Part shown: in pieces, positions 11,232 through 24,992 of the stretch
How positions within the stretch are numbered: the stretch's first letter is position 1
How the letters are laid out: the number at the start of each line of letters is the position of its first letter
NCBI GenBank assembly: GCA_010909165.1
Contig: MU008188.1
Location: 496,001 to 560,000, forward strand
Direction of reading: 5' to 3'
DNA: 64,000 nucleotides
Source: Anthoceros angustus
Lineage: Eukaryota > Plantae > Anthocerotophyta
Translations under genes and position numbers: made by a program
Notes under the pieces: model-generated
Told to the model about the DNA's origin: nothing
Database searches by the model: none
The model's input: the letters and a program-made list of their open reading frames with translations, nothing else

Positions 11232-14200
11232 ATGTCTGTCCGTATGCCGGAGCACACGAGCTTATGGCTGGCATCGGCTTCTCTGCCCGGCGTCCCTCCC
11301 GTCTGCCCTCTCCCTAGGTATCAAGCTGCAGCCGCTCGGCGTTCCAGGCAATTCTCCCATAACGCTCCTGCTACATTCACTTGCTTGTATCCGGCATGGA
11401 ATCGGACTGTGTCCTCCTCGCTCGCCCGGCGGAACCTTCCTTCTCTGCGGACGACAGGTGGTGCCAGCAGACCGGCGCGGACGCCACTTCTCCTCCTCTC
11501 TTATTGCGCGTTCTCGGATTCCCGGGGGACGTGGAAAATTTCTAGGATATCCTCCCACGGCAGAATTCACCATGGCCACACTCACACGGACGAGGGAGCA
11601 GGTGGGCATCACGACCAGCATGACGGCCATGAAGCGCGCGAAGGTGCTGAGAACTGTTGTGCCCATGAGCACGAGCATGAGCATGAGCATGAGCATGGGC
11701 ACGGGCAGGGGCAGGGGAATGAGCATGGCCATGGGAATGGGCACCATGGGCATTCGCACTCCCACCACACAGGTCATTCGCATGAGACCACGCGATTGAA
11801 TTCGATGCAACAGGCTCTGCAGAAGCTGGCGCAAGTGCTGTGGATCACTAAGGTTGCTGATGTCTTGCGGGAGAATCTCTCTGTCTGCTTAATTTCCTTG
11901 GCTCTGCTGCTCGTGGGAGCAGCCGTGCCGCTGGTGTGGCGCAATCCGCTCGCCACCACTCTGCAGACTGCGCTTGCGGTGGTGGCATTTCCTTTGACCG
12001 CGGTACCGTCTCTCTCTCTTGGTTAAATCACGCTCGCATTCGCCTCTTCTCTTTCGATTAAAATCGTATTGGATGGAGGAGGAAATTGGTATCTCTCGCC
12101 CATGACTATAAGTGTGTCAGGCAATGGCAAGCTCCCTCCGAGCACTGGTGGCCTGCTTTCTCAGTAATTTGTTTTTTGGAACTTCATTTTCACACAGGTG
12201 TCAGGGGTATTGGACTCGACAATTGCCATCGCTGGCGGAAAAATTGACATCCATGTTCTCATGGCACTCGCATCAGTTGCCTCTGTGTTCATGGGGAACA
12301 TCTGGGAGGGTGGCCTGCTTTTGACAATGTTCAGCCTGTCCCATCTCGGTATTTCGCAAGACGCATCGCTGTTGTGGTCGTATGGGTCTCTGAGTCCGGT
12401 TTGAGGTACAGTAGGAAGCTGTGTTGCGTCATGATCGGCATTCATGCAGCAAAACACAAGATCTTTTTCCTTGGTGTTACGGGATCGTGAGACGTCGAGG
12501 TTTTGTGCCATGTTGCCACTGCTCTGTGATAGGTTCATGCTTTTCAGTGTAGAGGATGGTTAAGTCCATTCAATCGATTTCTTGTGTGTTGTTTGATCTT
12601 CTTAAGTTTGAACCTGCAGTGGAAGAAGGCTTTACCAGGCGAGCATTAGGCGACGTGAAGGCGTTAAGGGACAGCAATCCAGAGTCTGCTCTTGTCCTGG
12701 ACGACTTTGATAACTTATCTTGGGCAGCTCTATCGACTGCAGCTTACAAGTCTTTGCCAGTTACTCGGGTGGAGGCTGGATCGTATCTTCTGGTGAAGGC
12801 GGGTGAGGTATGCACACTCCAGTGTCATATGAGACTGCTGCCACCATTGATATAGCTGTACTCCATGGAAGTACTTCCGGACCAAGTTAAATTGTTCATG
12901 CGCAAAATGGCAATGCTGGAGATGTGGAAATGAATCCAAACGTGAATACTTCTGTGCTTAAGACCTGTAGCTCTCACACCGCAGAAATGCAAGGTGCTTT
13001 CTCAGTGGGTTTCTTGCTTTCCTTGAGAACAAGAGTTAGAGCCTCGACAATACTCAGAGTGAAGCATTTTATCAGAGATATATGGACACGTCAGTCTTTT
13101 GCAAAGTTGTTTGTTTCAGCATTTCTGACGTTCTGCTCTTTGGTCTCAGACAGTACCTGTAGATGGGGAGGTAGCTATGGGGCATTCCATGATAACGGTA
13201 GAACATCTTACTGGTGAAGTGTACCCTCTGGAGAAGAAAATAGGTGATTTGGTTCCTGGAGGAGCCAGAAACTTGGACGGCATGATGGTAGTGAAGGTTA
13301 GCTTGTCTGTTGTCAAAGACTATGGCAAGTACAGTGCAACACGTTTGGAGAACGTTATTATTAATAATTAATTTCTTTGTATGTACTAACAGGCTACCAA
13401 ATCATGGAATGATTCCACTGTTGCAAGGATTATGAAAATTACAGAAGATGCCCAGCTGAACCGCCCTGTTTTGCAAAGATGGCTGGATCAGTTCGGGGAG
13501 CAATATAGCAAGGTGGTAATTGCACTGTCTGTTGTGCTTGCTGTTTTGGGCCCAGTCATCTTCAAGTGGCCCTTATTGGGTTCATCAGGTCAGCAATGAC
13601 ATGCTTGCCTCAGTAGTTTGGTTAATGGCCTTTGCTCTCTGCGGGCGTTCTCTCTTTTGTCTTGGTGGGCGAGAACTGAGATTTTGTGTGCATGCGCCAG
13701 GGGTACGGGGCTCAATCTACAGAGGGCTGGCTTTGATGGTTTCAGCTTCTCCATGTGCGCTAGCCGTTGCTCCACTTGCCTATGCAACTGCCATCAGTGC
13801 TTGTGCAAACAAGGTCCAGTAACATGCTCTCTTCCACACTTTGTAGTTTTGACCAGAAGTGGCTCTGAGATGCTGTGAGGTAACTATCATGGAGCCACAT
13901 TCAAGTTTCTCTATCATTGGCCACACAAAGATTGAGGATTCTTGAAGCTTGGAAAGTCCTCCTTTCAGTGAACGAAAGGATTCTTCTTGCAGTAGTGGGT
14001 AGAATCAGTCCTCCTATTGTTCACCATATGTGTTTCATTGCAGGGTATCCTTCTGAGAGGTGGTGAAGTCCTAGATTCTGTGAGTGCATGTGACACGATT
14101 GCATTTGACAAAACAGGTACCCTTACCACTGGTGAGCTTGAGTGCAAGGCAATTGAACCTCTCCATGGCCATCTGAACCAAGGCCAGAGTGGTACACCGG

Positions 14201-16281
14201 ATGGCATTTGTTGCAATCCCAGCTGTGTTGCAGAAGCTCTTGCTGTTGCGGCAGCTCTGGAAAGGGGTGCCACTCACCCTATTGCTCAGTAAGCTCCAGC
14301 TTTGCTTAAATGGTTTTCCAGTAAAGTGAACGTACCTGGGAGTGACCTTCAAAGGTGTCTGTCATTCCAAAACCTTGATCACTATTTCCATGACCATCTT
14401 ACAGGGCAGTATTGGAGTACAGCGAGGGGAAAAAGTTGCCTCCTTTTGTTGTTCAGAACTTTGAATCATTTCCGGGCAAAGGATTGGCTGCAGATATCGC
14501 ACCAGTAGAGGTATACATTCCAGATTGCTTGGTTAGCTTATTTTTAACCGAGTCAAACAAGTTCATAAATTTTTCACGTCATAGATCTCTGAAATGCATA
14601 TTGACCGGTCAAGTTAACTTTACACATTTTCCCGAGATGGCTACGCAATTGACTGAGATGCTCAGGTTCTAGCTATGACTGTAATTCATTCCTACTGCTT
14701 TAATCTTTGAGTTGAGTCTTGTGAATGTGTTTTCTGTTTCAAGCGGTTCCTTGATTTTTTATAGTCAGGTGATGGGGCTTCGCACAGAGCATATCTGGGA
14801 TCTCTGGAATTCGTTGGATCGTCATCTGGCTTTGATACAAGCTCTCGGCGGCTTGAGGACTCACTAGAAGCATCGCCTTTTAGCAGCGAACTTGTGCGGG
14901 CAGCTCTCTCTGTTAATAGCAAGGTCTTGGCCTAAATCAGAAGTGGGGTTTTCAAGTGCTTTTATCTGGTCTGTACACTATTAACACGTGCCTTGCTGTG
15001 AGATGCAGATCACCATCTTTCACTTGGAAGACAAGTTGCGGGCACATAGTGCTGATGTGATCTCATCCTTAAGAAGGCACGAGGGCCTGAGGTTGATGAT
15101 GTTGACGGGGGATCATCTGGCTAGTGCTCAAAGGGTTGCTAGAGCAGTTGGTATTGATGAAGTCTACTCAGGTCTGAAGCCTGAAGAAAAGCTGCAAAAA
15201 GCAAGAAGTTTCTCTGGTAAGAGTGCCCTGGCTGTGCAGATTTGTATCTGTTGAAGACTGAATGCAAAACTGGTTTTGATGGAGGGAGGGATGGTTTTGG
15301 TGCTCCTCTGATGATTCTAGTGGCCTGCTATCTGACATTCATATGTTACATTGTTGAGCAATGACAGTGTGTTGTGATTTTTCTCCAATCTTCTCTTGTT
15401 GGGGATTCTGCACGCAGCCTGCCTGTGATGACAACTGGTGTGTCTGACTCGAGTGCTATGCAGCCCGGGATGGCTCAGGAGGCCTCATTATGGTTGGCGA
15501 CGGAATCAATGATGCACCAGCCTTAGCAGCTGCGACAGTTGGAGTTGTGCTTGCACAGCGTGCAAGTGCAACAGCTGTGGCTGTTGCAGATGTGCTCCTC
15601 CTCCAGGACAATATTGACGGAGTGCCATTTCTGATTGCAAAAGCTCATCAGACTACAGCAGTGGTATGCTCTATTTTGAAGTCACATCTTATCTGATTTG
15701 GCTGGCAATCTGTCTCGTAGACTAAGCGCTTTATCCTCGCCATTGCTTGTCATGCAGGTCAAACAAAGTGTGTTTCTTGCACTTTTTTCGATCCTGGTTG
15801 CATCTCTACCTTCAGTCTTGGGAATGCTGCCACTTTGGCTCACGGTTTGTTCCTTTGGTCCCCAGGACTCCGTGTGTTATGTACTTGTTTTAAGTGCATC
15901 TGCTTTTCGTGTTCAGATGTGAACGTTCATCGTTCTGAATCTGTACAAGATACATGAATCATGAAGCCAGAATTCGATGTTACGGGGTGGCTCTTTGTGC
16001 TAGACAGCCTAGATACCACCTCCCACCTCTTTATATGTCTTTGAAACTTATGTAACTTGAGTCTGTTCTACGCTTGACAGGTGTTGTTGCACGAAGGCGG
16101 TACCTTACTGGTGTGCCTGAATTCAGCCCGTCCTTTGAGGAGTCCAAGTGACGCGTGGGTTTTATCCCGTTCAGGCAAGGTATCTAAATTCCGTAGTCGA
16201 ACTGCTCACTTATGGAAACAGCTGGTAAAACGGCTGATGAGCAGGTCAAGCAGGCCTAACTTGCAATCTGGTCCTGCATGA
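11232..16281 (+). CDS. HMA1: Chloroplast heavy-metal P1B-4 ATPase (HMA1 orthologue), multi-exon
   Basis: Exon 1 (first in-frame ATG 11232, to 12002) encodes a transit-peptide-like region and a His-rich tract. Later GT-AG exons give IHVLMALASVASVFMGN, EHLTGE, GARNLDG, MVSASPCALAVAPLAYATAIS (SPC motif), DKTGTLT, LMMLTGDH, GDGINDAPALAAATVG and LLHEGGTLLVCLNS; stop at 16281. Closely parallels AtHMA1 as I recall it. Confidence 0.97.
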
Positions 16282-17402
16282 TCTTCACAACTTGGCCGAT
16301 CTGGGTGGGCCGCTCCTAGATAGACGGCATAGAGTTAAGCGTCTCCAGATTGGCTCTTAAACAACGTGGGTGTGGTTGCCTAATGTGCGGAGCATCATGA
16401 CAAGTATTGTATCGGCGATGAGTCACGAAGATCTTGGTGACGCAACTTACGTGGGGCGGTGCGGCTGTCTGAGTTATTTTTTCTTCTTATCCGCACCGAC
16501 AACGGACGAGGTGTCCCATCCGCTATGAATCAGAATCTGCATTATTCCAGTACTTATAAGCTTCGCAGATCCCGATCTCTCTTACGTGGATTCTCATTTC
16601 TAATGTATAAAATATGTATTAATATGTAGAATATAATCTATGCCCTGCAGGAGGCCGTGACCCTTCAAAGTCCGCGAGTCTCTATACCGTTGTTTACTGG
16701 GTAGGCAAAAACGCATTTAGCTTATGCTAAGGGGGTATTCGGGACGACATCAAAATTTGCGCCCATAGAAATGGGAGCCGCTCACTAAAATTCGTCGGGG
16801 GTTTAATGCTTGGTTGCCTTGATGTGGCGGGGCCTACCATCTGTCTCTCTCATCCGTGACTTGCGACCCGGAGCGCGAGCCGAGAGCCGGGTGAGTGGCT
16901 TTCCCATTGATACCCGATGGCCATTAAGGCAAATACGGTCTGCACACCCGTGCGGACGCGCAACCCGATGTACCGCGCAACCCGATGAACCGGCTTCATA
17001 TCGACATACACGACATAGCAGCAACATCAGTTTGTGGTTCCCGTCGCATACTCGGGTTTTTGCACTCGTTCTCTGTACCTGCATTTCCATACCCGGCTTT
17101 CCATACCCGGGATGAAAGAATTCCAAACCCGTCGGTTTGAAGTCCAGGTTTCAAATCAGGTTTTCAAAGCTATGCACTTCTCATCGCGGTGAACCGATCT
17201 GAAAAGAAAGCGGTGCAGATGCGACAAGACGCCTAATATGCTGCCCGGTGCAGATGCGGAGACCAGGCCTAAAACCATGTTCATGAGAGACCATCTGGAT
17301 TCACCGCGCATGTAGATCAGTACCTCGCAGTGAGTGCAAAAACTCGCATCTCACGTCCTCTTGTTAGTTTTGAGAGACTATTCCTTCACACGATACTGTT
17401 CC

Positions 17403-17614
17403 TTCAATTGCAGGACTCATTTGTGTTCATCTCCTTGTTGATGTTCCTCTTGTGACAGGTGAAGAAGAGGACCTCGAATGACAACACTTACAGATCTGGC
17501 TCACATGTTTCAATTGCAGGACTCATTTGTGTTCATCTCCTTGTTGATGTTCCTCTTGTGACAGGTGAAGAAGAGGACCTCGAATGACAACACTTACAGA
17601 TCTGGCTCACATGT
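17403..17614 (+). repeat. Perfect 106-bp tandem duplication containing splice-acceptor-like sites
   Basis: ttcaattgcaggactcatttgtg...gtgacaggtgaagaagagg...ggctcacatgt occurs twice (17403-17508 and 17509-17614). Confidence 0.9.
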
Positions 17615-18225
17615 GATGCACACGCTTAACAAATTATCTCTCTTCTTAGGCTATGACCCTCTGAATGCGAACGCCAGCCTACCTTGTTGAACATGGGCAT
17701 TTTAACAATCGCCAGTCCGGCCGTGAATCAGAGGACCTGCAATTGGCACAAGGTACAAGCATCATTACTCTTCATGTGGATTTTCTGAACTTTGGAAGGG
17801 ACGAGGGTAACTAGTTTTGCATGTCGACATCGATCCTTCTCTGACTGCGCCGATTTTCCAGCAGCATTCACGGAAGGGTCGCTTTGAACAAAGTGAAAGC
17901 CGCGACATGGCAAGAATAATGTCTCGGGAGAAGGTGGCTGGGTCCCGAAGGTGCGGTATGCGGCAGCGGTGCCGATCGATGATCGGTGGTAGGAATGGGC
18001 ACCTCTTACAGCAGGCTTTAGTGCTTAAGTTTCCTCACGGGTTTGGAGGAGTTCTTGTACATAGTGCATGCTGGCATTGAGCATTCTCACCTTCTAAAAC
18101 CAAGAGTGGATTCGACCTTCTAAGACGAAAAGCGAATTGACCCGATCAAACCGAGTGCTATCTCGCTATCTCCTCTCAAGACCCTACAAAAGTAGATTGG
18201 TCACTTCTAAAACCAAAAGCCTATT

Positions 18226-21090
18226 TCAGCTCATCAATCCACCCTTTATCAACCGCCTATGTTCCACTTCACCGTCTTTTCTTCTTACACACAACTTCCT
18301 CCAAACCAACATATCGTTCATTGCTCGTGCCTCATTCTCAGCAAAAGTTTCCAACACTTGTTTCCGTTGAGGTTCTTCGTCTGCCTGTGCCACTAACTGT
18401 CTCAGCTTCTGTTGAGTTTGCTCCATAATGCAGGCTATCCCAAAAGCTAAATCTGAACGCTCAAATGCGGTATCACATACTTCAGCACATGCCGTTTTAA
18501 TAAAATCCAACCGTTTTTCTTTTGCCATCTCCAATTTTGTCTTACATATTGGTGCCACCAAGGTTACTAGGCAACACAATGTGTGGAGCTTCTTGATTCG
18601 CATCCAAAAGCCATAGCCAAGTTGTTGGTATCACTACTTTCAACATACGCTCCATTTGTTCTTCCATTTTGCCTAGTCACTCCATCCTTGTGTATGCCAA
18701 GGAGTTGTTGAACTTTCACCACATGCTTGCAGATGAAACCTTTGTTCCCCATTGGACATGAGCATGTAGCCCAAGGAGAGTAAACATGTTCAATCACATA
18801 CCACAAGTTAGGGGTCGATGAAGACAAACAATGTGCAACAACATTTTCGGCATGCGGTAAAATAACTGAGCTAATAGGAATAGTTTCTGCACCCTTCATA
18901 GCGGTTTCCTCCAAAGCCTCCAGCTTCTTGTTATGCCTGTATCCCCCTTCTTTTGTGAAGTGCTGGTACCAATAATGTCGGGCAACCACATTCACTAATT
19001 GGTGTAGTAACCAGTCTAGTTTACGGCCAGGCAAACTTGACTTGCTAAATGCTGCACGTTCTTTTATAAATCTATGGAATCCTTCCACAGCTGAAGTTGT
19101 ATGTTGCCCTGCATGAGGCAACATTCTAGCATTACACAACCACATATCTATAGTCTCTCCCATTGGACCTTCATATATCTCACAAAGTCTCCTTCACTTG
19201 TTCCCCACTTGTCATAAAAATTGTGTAGCATACTTCTTCCTATGGAAACACACTGAAGATGTGCTTGCCTCGTGACATACATAATATCCCTAGCTCGCCC
19301 ATATTGAAATTCGATTACTTTGTGAGTGCACTTTCTTCAATAAATTCGTCTCCACGCTTTCCGCACATGCCACAAGCATAATAATATAGGCATATTATGA
19401 TTCCACATCGAGCGAATAGCGTAAATCTACGCGATCATCAACAAGGAATGAACTAGGTGTCCAATCCTTGTTGATCTTTTCAACCTTCTTCCAGAACTGA
19501 AAGCCACGACAAGTGACTCAAGAGTAGCATCTTTTGTAATAGCCCATGCGAACACCGCTCAAGTAATGGTCAAAACCCATCACGTGAATAAGTGGTAGCG
19601 ATACACTGCTCAACCCAAAAGTTGCATCCATAGCTAGCACATTACCATTCCCATAAAGCAACATGCAATTTAACATAAAAGGAGTTTGAATACCCAAAGC
19701 GAAAGGTTGATTCTCGCTTGATTGGTGGAAGACTATAGACGATTTTGCTCCAACCACGTGACACCGATGTGGCATCATCCGGCTAGCTTCCATTCACCAA
19801 CTTCAACTTGTGTAAGATATTGAGAACATCATATCTTTGCATATAATCATCTCTTACTAGTTTATATACCGTCGATTGTTGATTCGAGCATACAATGCAT
19901 CTTGATGCCGACGCATTATTTCATCACAGAACTTTGCAATATAGGCAATGCCCGATCCAATCCTTCTTTTCTTGTGAAAGCCATGCGCTCGACATCACGG
20001 GTAAGCCTTCGCACCTGTGCCCATGACATATAGCATTTGAAAGGTCGATGCCTATGTTCAAAAGACCAATCTCAAGAACCTTAGGCCACGGAGAAGTTTC
20101 TTCACCCTAAAATTTGCTTGGCAACCATGCTTGACACTCTCTCCACGGAGGACCTTACATTTAGCTGTATTAGCACCACGTGACACTCCCACCTCCTTTT
20201 GGCGAAAGTCTTCCGGGCCGTAAGAACACCAATACCTGCAAGCCAGCCTCACAATGTTAATGCCTCCCTAAGTAATAAAACAATTTACATACTTCAAACC
20301 TTCTTACCTAACATATGATGCAGCTGTATGCACTGTCGGTACTGCAGGGCGAGGTAAACTCCCCGGCCCCTTAGAATCCTTCTTGTAGAAGTTCGTAGGA
20401 TGGGAACTTATAGCACTCATTCCCCCAATAAAGTCTCCCACTCTAGAAAAGAGTATGTGAGCCACCTTCACATGTTTTTGCTGCCCTGGTGCCCTAGAAT
20501 GGTCATATTGAGAAGAAACCCGCTTTAGGTCAAGATGCCTATGTTCAAAAGACCAATCTCAAGAACCTTAGGCCACGGAGAAGTTTCTTCACCCTAAAAT
20601 TTGCTTGGCAACCATGCTTGACACTCTCTCCACGGAGGACCTTACATTTAGTATTAGCACCACGTGACACTCCCACCTCCTTTTGGCGAAAGTCTTCCGG
20701 CCGTAAGAACACCAATACCGCAAGCCACCTCACAATGTTAATGCCTCCTAAGTAATAAAACAATTTACATACTTCAAACCTTCTTACCTAACATATGATG
20801 CAGTATGCCTTTATCGATCAGTAGGTAAACTCCCCCTTAGAATCCTTCTTGTAGAAGTTCATAGGATGGGAACTTATAGCACTCATTCCCCCAATAAAGT
20901 CTCCCACTTTAGAAAAGAGTATGTGAGCCACCTTCACATGATTTTGCTACCCTGGTGCCCTAGAATGGTCATATTGAGAAGAAACCCAGTTTAGGTCAGT
21001 ATGGTTAAATAACCGTAATTTAGGAAGCTGCACCACAAAAGGTGTGTTAGTTGGTAACTCTTCTAAGTTAATACAAGAACTCAAATCCAT
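18226..21090 (-). pseudogene. MULE/SWIM transposase gene A (disrupted, with an internal ~480-bp tandem duplication)
   Basis: ATG at 21090 (MDLSSCINLEELP..DLNWV..VAHILFSKVGDFIGG), YWCSYGPED..KHGCQANF, GNGNVLAMDATFG, HAGQHTTSAVEGFH, SWIM CSCPMGNKGFICKH. Several frameshifts and stops. Confidence 0.85.
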
Positions 21091-21160
21091 ATTATTATTA
21101 TCCGTAAATCACATTCCCCTATCCCAAAGAGAAAAACCCTAACCCTAACCCTAATCTCAA

Positions 21161-24100
21161 CCTTTAACCAAAATCCCTATCCCTAATCACAAGAGCGCTT
21201 GAAAGCAAAGATTGAACATGCCGCTCTAAACTCGCATCTCACGCTATGCAAATGACGGAGTTCACATACCATAAGCTTGTGAGCGTGGTGCACTTTGGAG
21301 CCTTAAACAAGTATTATTAGTAACGTAAGGGTAGGGACGAGCGGCTTTCTCATGTCCCGTGTTGGTGGTATGTAGCACAGGCCAAAACTTTTGGCCACCG
21401 GTTCGGATTATGCATGACTCACCATAGCATGGTGATGGGCAAGCACATACATAGGTACATGTCGTGGCCGTGGAGGGCCGTCATGACACACGTACCTTAA
21501 TGGCCATCTGCATCCATTTGCAAGCGGGTGAGTGCACCATACACATGGAAACACGTGACCGTTGCGAACACATGGGCACATACATGAGAACAGGGACGAC
21601 ACCGTGAGTGGCGAAGAATCCAAAGATGTAGAGCACGTGGGAGTGAGGCCTGGTATACGAGATGCACGTTATTATACATATCTTTTGCTGGACATAACCG
21701 AATTTTGGTACAGGGTAATCAAATTGAAGCTTGTCTGAAGGGCGACAGGATGAGCTATTGCTCAAAGCCAAAAATATAGAGCATTCGAGGTTTAGGCCTG
21801 GTAACACAGATGCTCATTTTTGTTCATAACTTATGCTAGACACAACTAAAATGTAATACAGGGCAATTAAATTGAAGCTTGTTCAGAGGGCTACAGAATG
21901 AGCTATAGCTCATTCCGTGTAAACATATGTGGAACGCGTACTGAGAGTTTGAAATTCAGAGAGCACAAATTGTTCAGCGGGCAATTTTGACGAACACCAA
22001 TATCCAAGTTCGCATACAGATAGCTGAACATGATGAGTTTGAAACTGGCTTTTCGATGACCTATCTTACGAAATTTATGGCCAAGTAAAGCATGAACTAG
22101 CCACAAATCTCATCCTTCCCTCTCTTCAAGATAACTACTTTCAGCACCTTGGTGCAACACCTCTAGCATCTTTGGCTTCTGCCGGCGGGTTGCAGGCTTC
22201 CAAGTAGTCATCTCCACAATACATTTTTTCCTCTTCAAAGAATCTCCAAAGCCATTGTCCAATTTGAGTAAATGGCCTTGAAATGTGGACACTACACCAT
22301 TGACACATTTTCGTGCCTGCAACTGTTTAACTTGGAGAAGCAACATAGAAGCTGCTGCATGAGTATGCTGGAGCAAGGAAGCATCAGCATGCACCATTCC
22401 CCACACTTCTTTACATATATTCTCCAAGCTCTGGTATGATGCAACGGCCTTCACTTGTGGCTTTACGTTGCCAAATGGCAGTGCTGTTGGCAATGATTCA
22501 GTGTCTTCCTGAGTTGTGAAAATAGGCGTGTCCGCCTCGTGCACCGCCTGTTCACAAGGCATATGTACTGGTCCAACAGAATGCGGAGAGACATGGACAT
22601 GTCCTCTTCTAGCCATAGCATAACTAGCTGTGTGTGGATACCAATTCCCCTTTGAGGTATAATATCTTAGCTTGGTGCTTGCAAAAGAAACCTTGAGTGC
22701 CTCTGGGACAATTAGAAGTCCAATCTGCACTTACAATGAAGATGGTATAGATCAACGATCGTGCAACTCCTCACAAAAGCTAGTCCATCAATTGTGGTTG
22801 GTAATGTGACAGAGTCGGAATGGATTGGGAACCCAAGATTGCATTGTCCACGATTGCTGCTTCCCTTGCATTGTACCTGAATCCATGCTCCTTTGTGAAA
22901 TGCTTATACCAGTAGATTTTGCTTACTGTTTCCACGAGAGTGTGGAGCAACCAATCCAACCATCTTCCTCGCAGCCTAACAAAATCATGGCACAAAGCAA
23001 AGACTTCAAAACCCATGCAAGGCTTCGATAGCAGAGTTACAATCTTGGCTGCGTGCCTCATAGTTCGACACCCTTTAACCAAAATCCCTATCCCTAATCA
23101 CAAGAGCGCTTGAAAACAAAGATTGAACATGCCGCTCTAAACTCGCATCTCATGCTATGCAAATGACGGGAGTTCACATACCATAAGCTTGTGAGCCAGG
23201 ATGCACTTGGAGCCTTAAACAAGTATTATTAGTAATGTGTAAGTGGGTAGGGACGAGCGGTTTTCTCATGTCCCGTGTTGGTGGTACGTAGCGCATGGGC
23301 GTCAAAACTTTTGGCCACCGGTTCGGATTATGCATGACTCACCATAGCATGGTGATGGGCAAACACATACATAGGTACATGTCGTGGCCGTGGAGGGCCG
23401 TGCGGACACACGTGCCGGCCTTAATGGCCATCGGGTATCCATTTGCAAGCGGGTGAGTGCACCATACACATGGAAACACGTGACCGTTGCGAACACATGG
23501 GCACATACATGAGAACAGGGACGCATACCGTGTGAGTGGCGAAGAATCCAAAGATGTAGAGCACGTGGGAGTGAGGCCTGGTATACGAGATGCACGTTAT
23601 TATACATATCTTTTGCTGGACATAACCGAATTTTGGTACAGGGTAATCAAATTGAAGCTTGTCTGAAGGGCGACAGGATGAGCTATTGCTCAAAGCCAAA
23701 AATATAGAGCATTCGAGGTTTAGGCCTGGTAACACAGATGCTCATTTTTGTTCATAACTTATGCTAGACACAACTAAAATGTAATACAGGGCAATTAAAT
23801 TGAAGCTTGTTCAGAGGGCTACAGAATGAGCTATAGCTCATTCCGTGTAAACATATGTGGAACACGTCGAGAGTTTGAAATTCAGAGCACAAATTGTTCA
23901 GCGGGCAATTTTTGAACACCAATATCCAAGTTCGCATACAGATAGCTGAACATGATGAGTTTGAAACTGGCTTCGATGACCTATCTTACGAAATTTATAG
24001 CCAAGTAAAGCATGAACTAGCCACAAATCTCATCCTTCCTCTCTTCAAGATAACTACTTTCAGCACCTTGGTGCAACACCTCTAGCATCTTTGGCTTCGC

Positions 24101-24992
24101 GGGTTGCAGCTTCCAAGTAGTCATCTCCATTTTTCCTCTTCAAAGAATCTCCAAAGCCATTGTCCAATTTGAGTAAATGGCCTTGAAATGTGGACACTAC
24201 ACCATTGACACATTTTCGTGCAACTGTTTAACTTGGAGAAGCAACATAGAAGCTGCTGCATGAGTATGCTGGAGCAAGGAAGCATCAGCATGCACCATTC
24301 CCCACACTTCTTTCCATATATTCTCCAAGCTCTGGTATGAAGCAACGGCCTTCACTTGTGGCTTTACGTTGCCAAATGGCAGTGCTGGCAATGATTCAGT
24401 GTCTTCCTGAGTTGTGAAAATAGGCGTGTCCGCCTCGTGCACCGCCTGTTCACAAGGCATATGTACTGGTCCAACAGAATGCGGAGAGACATGGACATGT
24501 CCTCTTCTAGCCATAGTAACTAGCTGTGTGTGGATACCAATTCCCCTTTGAGGTATAATATCTTAGCTTGCTGCTTGCAAAAGAAACCTTGAGTGCCTCT
24601 GGGACAATTACAGCAAGTCCAATCTGCACTTACAGTGAAGATGGTATAGATCAACTTCTGATCAGTGCAACTCCTCACAAAAGCTAGTCCATCAATTGTG
24701 GTTGGTAATGTGACAGCCGAGTCGGGAATGGATTGGGAACCCAAGATTGCATTGTCCACGATTGCTGCTTCCCTTGCATTGTACTTGAATCCATGCTCCT
24801 TTGTGAAATGCTTATACCAGTAGATTTTGCTTACTGTTTCCACGAGAGTGTGGAGCAACCAATCCAACCGTCTTCCTCGCAGCCTAACAAAATCATGGCA
24901 CATAGCAAAGACTTCAAAAACCCATGCAAGGCTTCGATAGCAGAGTTACAATCTTGGCCTGCGTGCCTCATAGTTCTGACACCCTTTAACCA
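21161..24992. repeat. 1,911-bp tandem duplication bounded by the 10-bp microhomology cctttaacca
   Basis: cctttaacca at 21161, 23072 and 24983. 21161-23071 aligns with 23072-24982, including the 3' part of transposase C. Confidence 0.9.

Noticed and set aside
11104-11834. Alternative-frame ORFs (11104-11799 +, 11262-11834 -) with Met-rich repeats
   Set aside because: Shadows of the HMA1 His-repeat exon.
16783-16800. CACTA pentamer near both MULE ends, suggesting a CACTA/En-Spm element
   Set aside because: The pentamer lies 6 bp inside the termini. No 3-bp TSD flanks it, while a perfect 9-bp TSD flanks the longer ends, and the encoded transposases are MULE-type.
21137-21155. (CCCTAA)x3 telomere-like motif
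   Set aside because: Only three units just upstream of a transposase ATG; too short to call an interstitial telomere.
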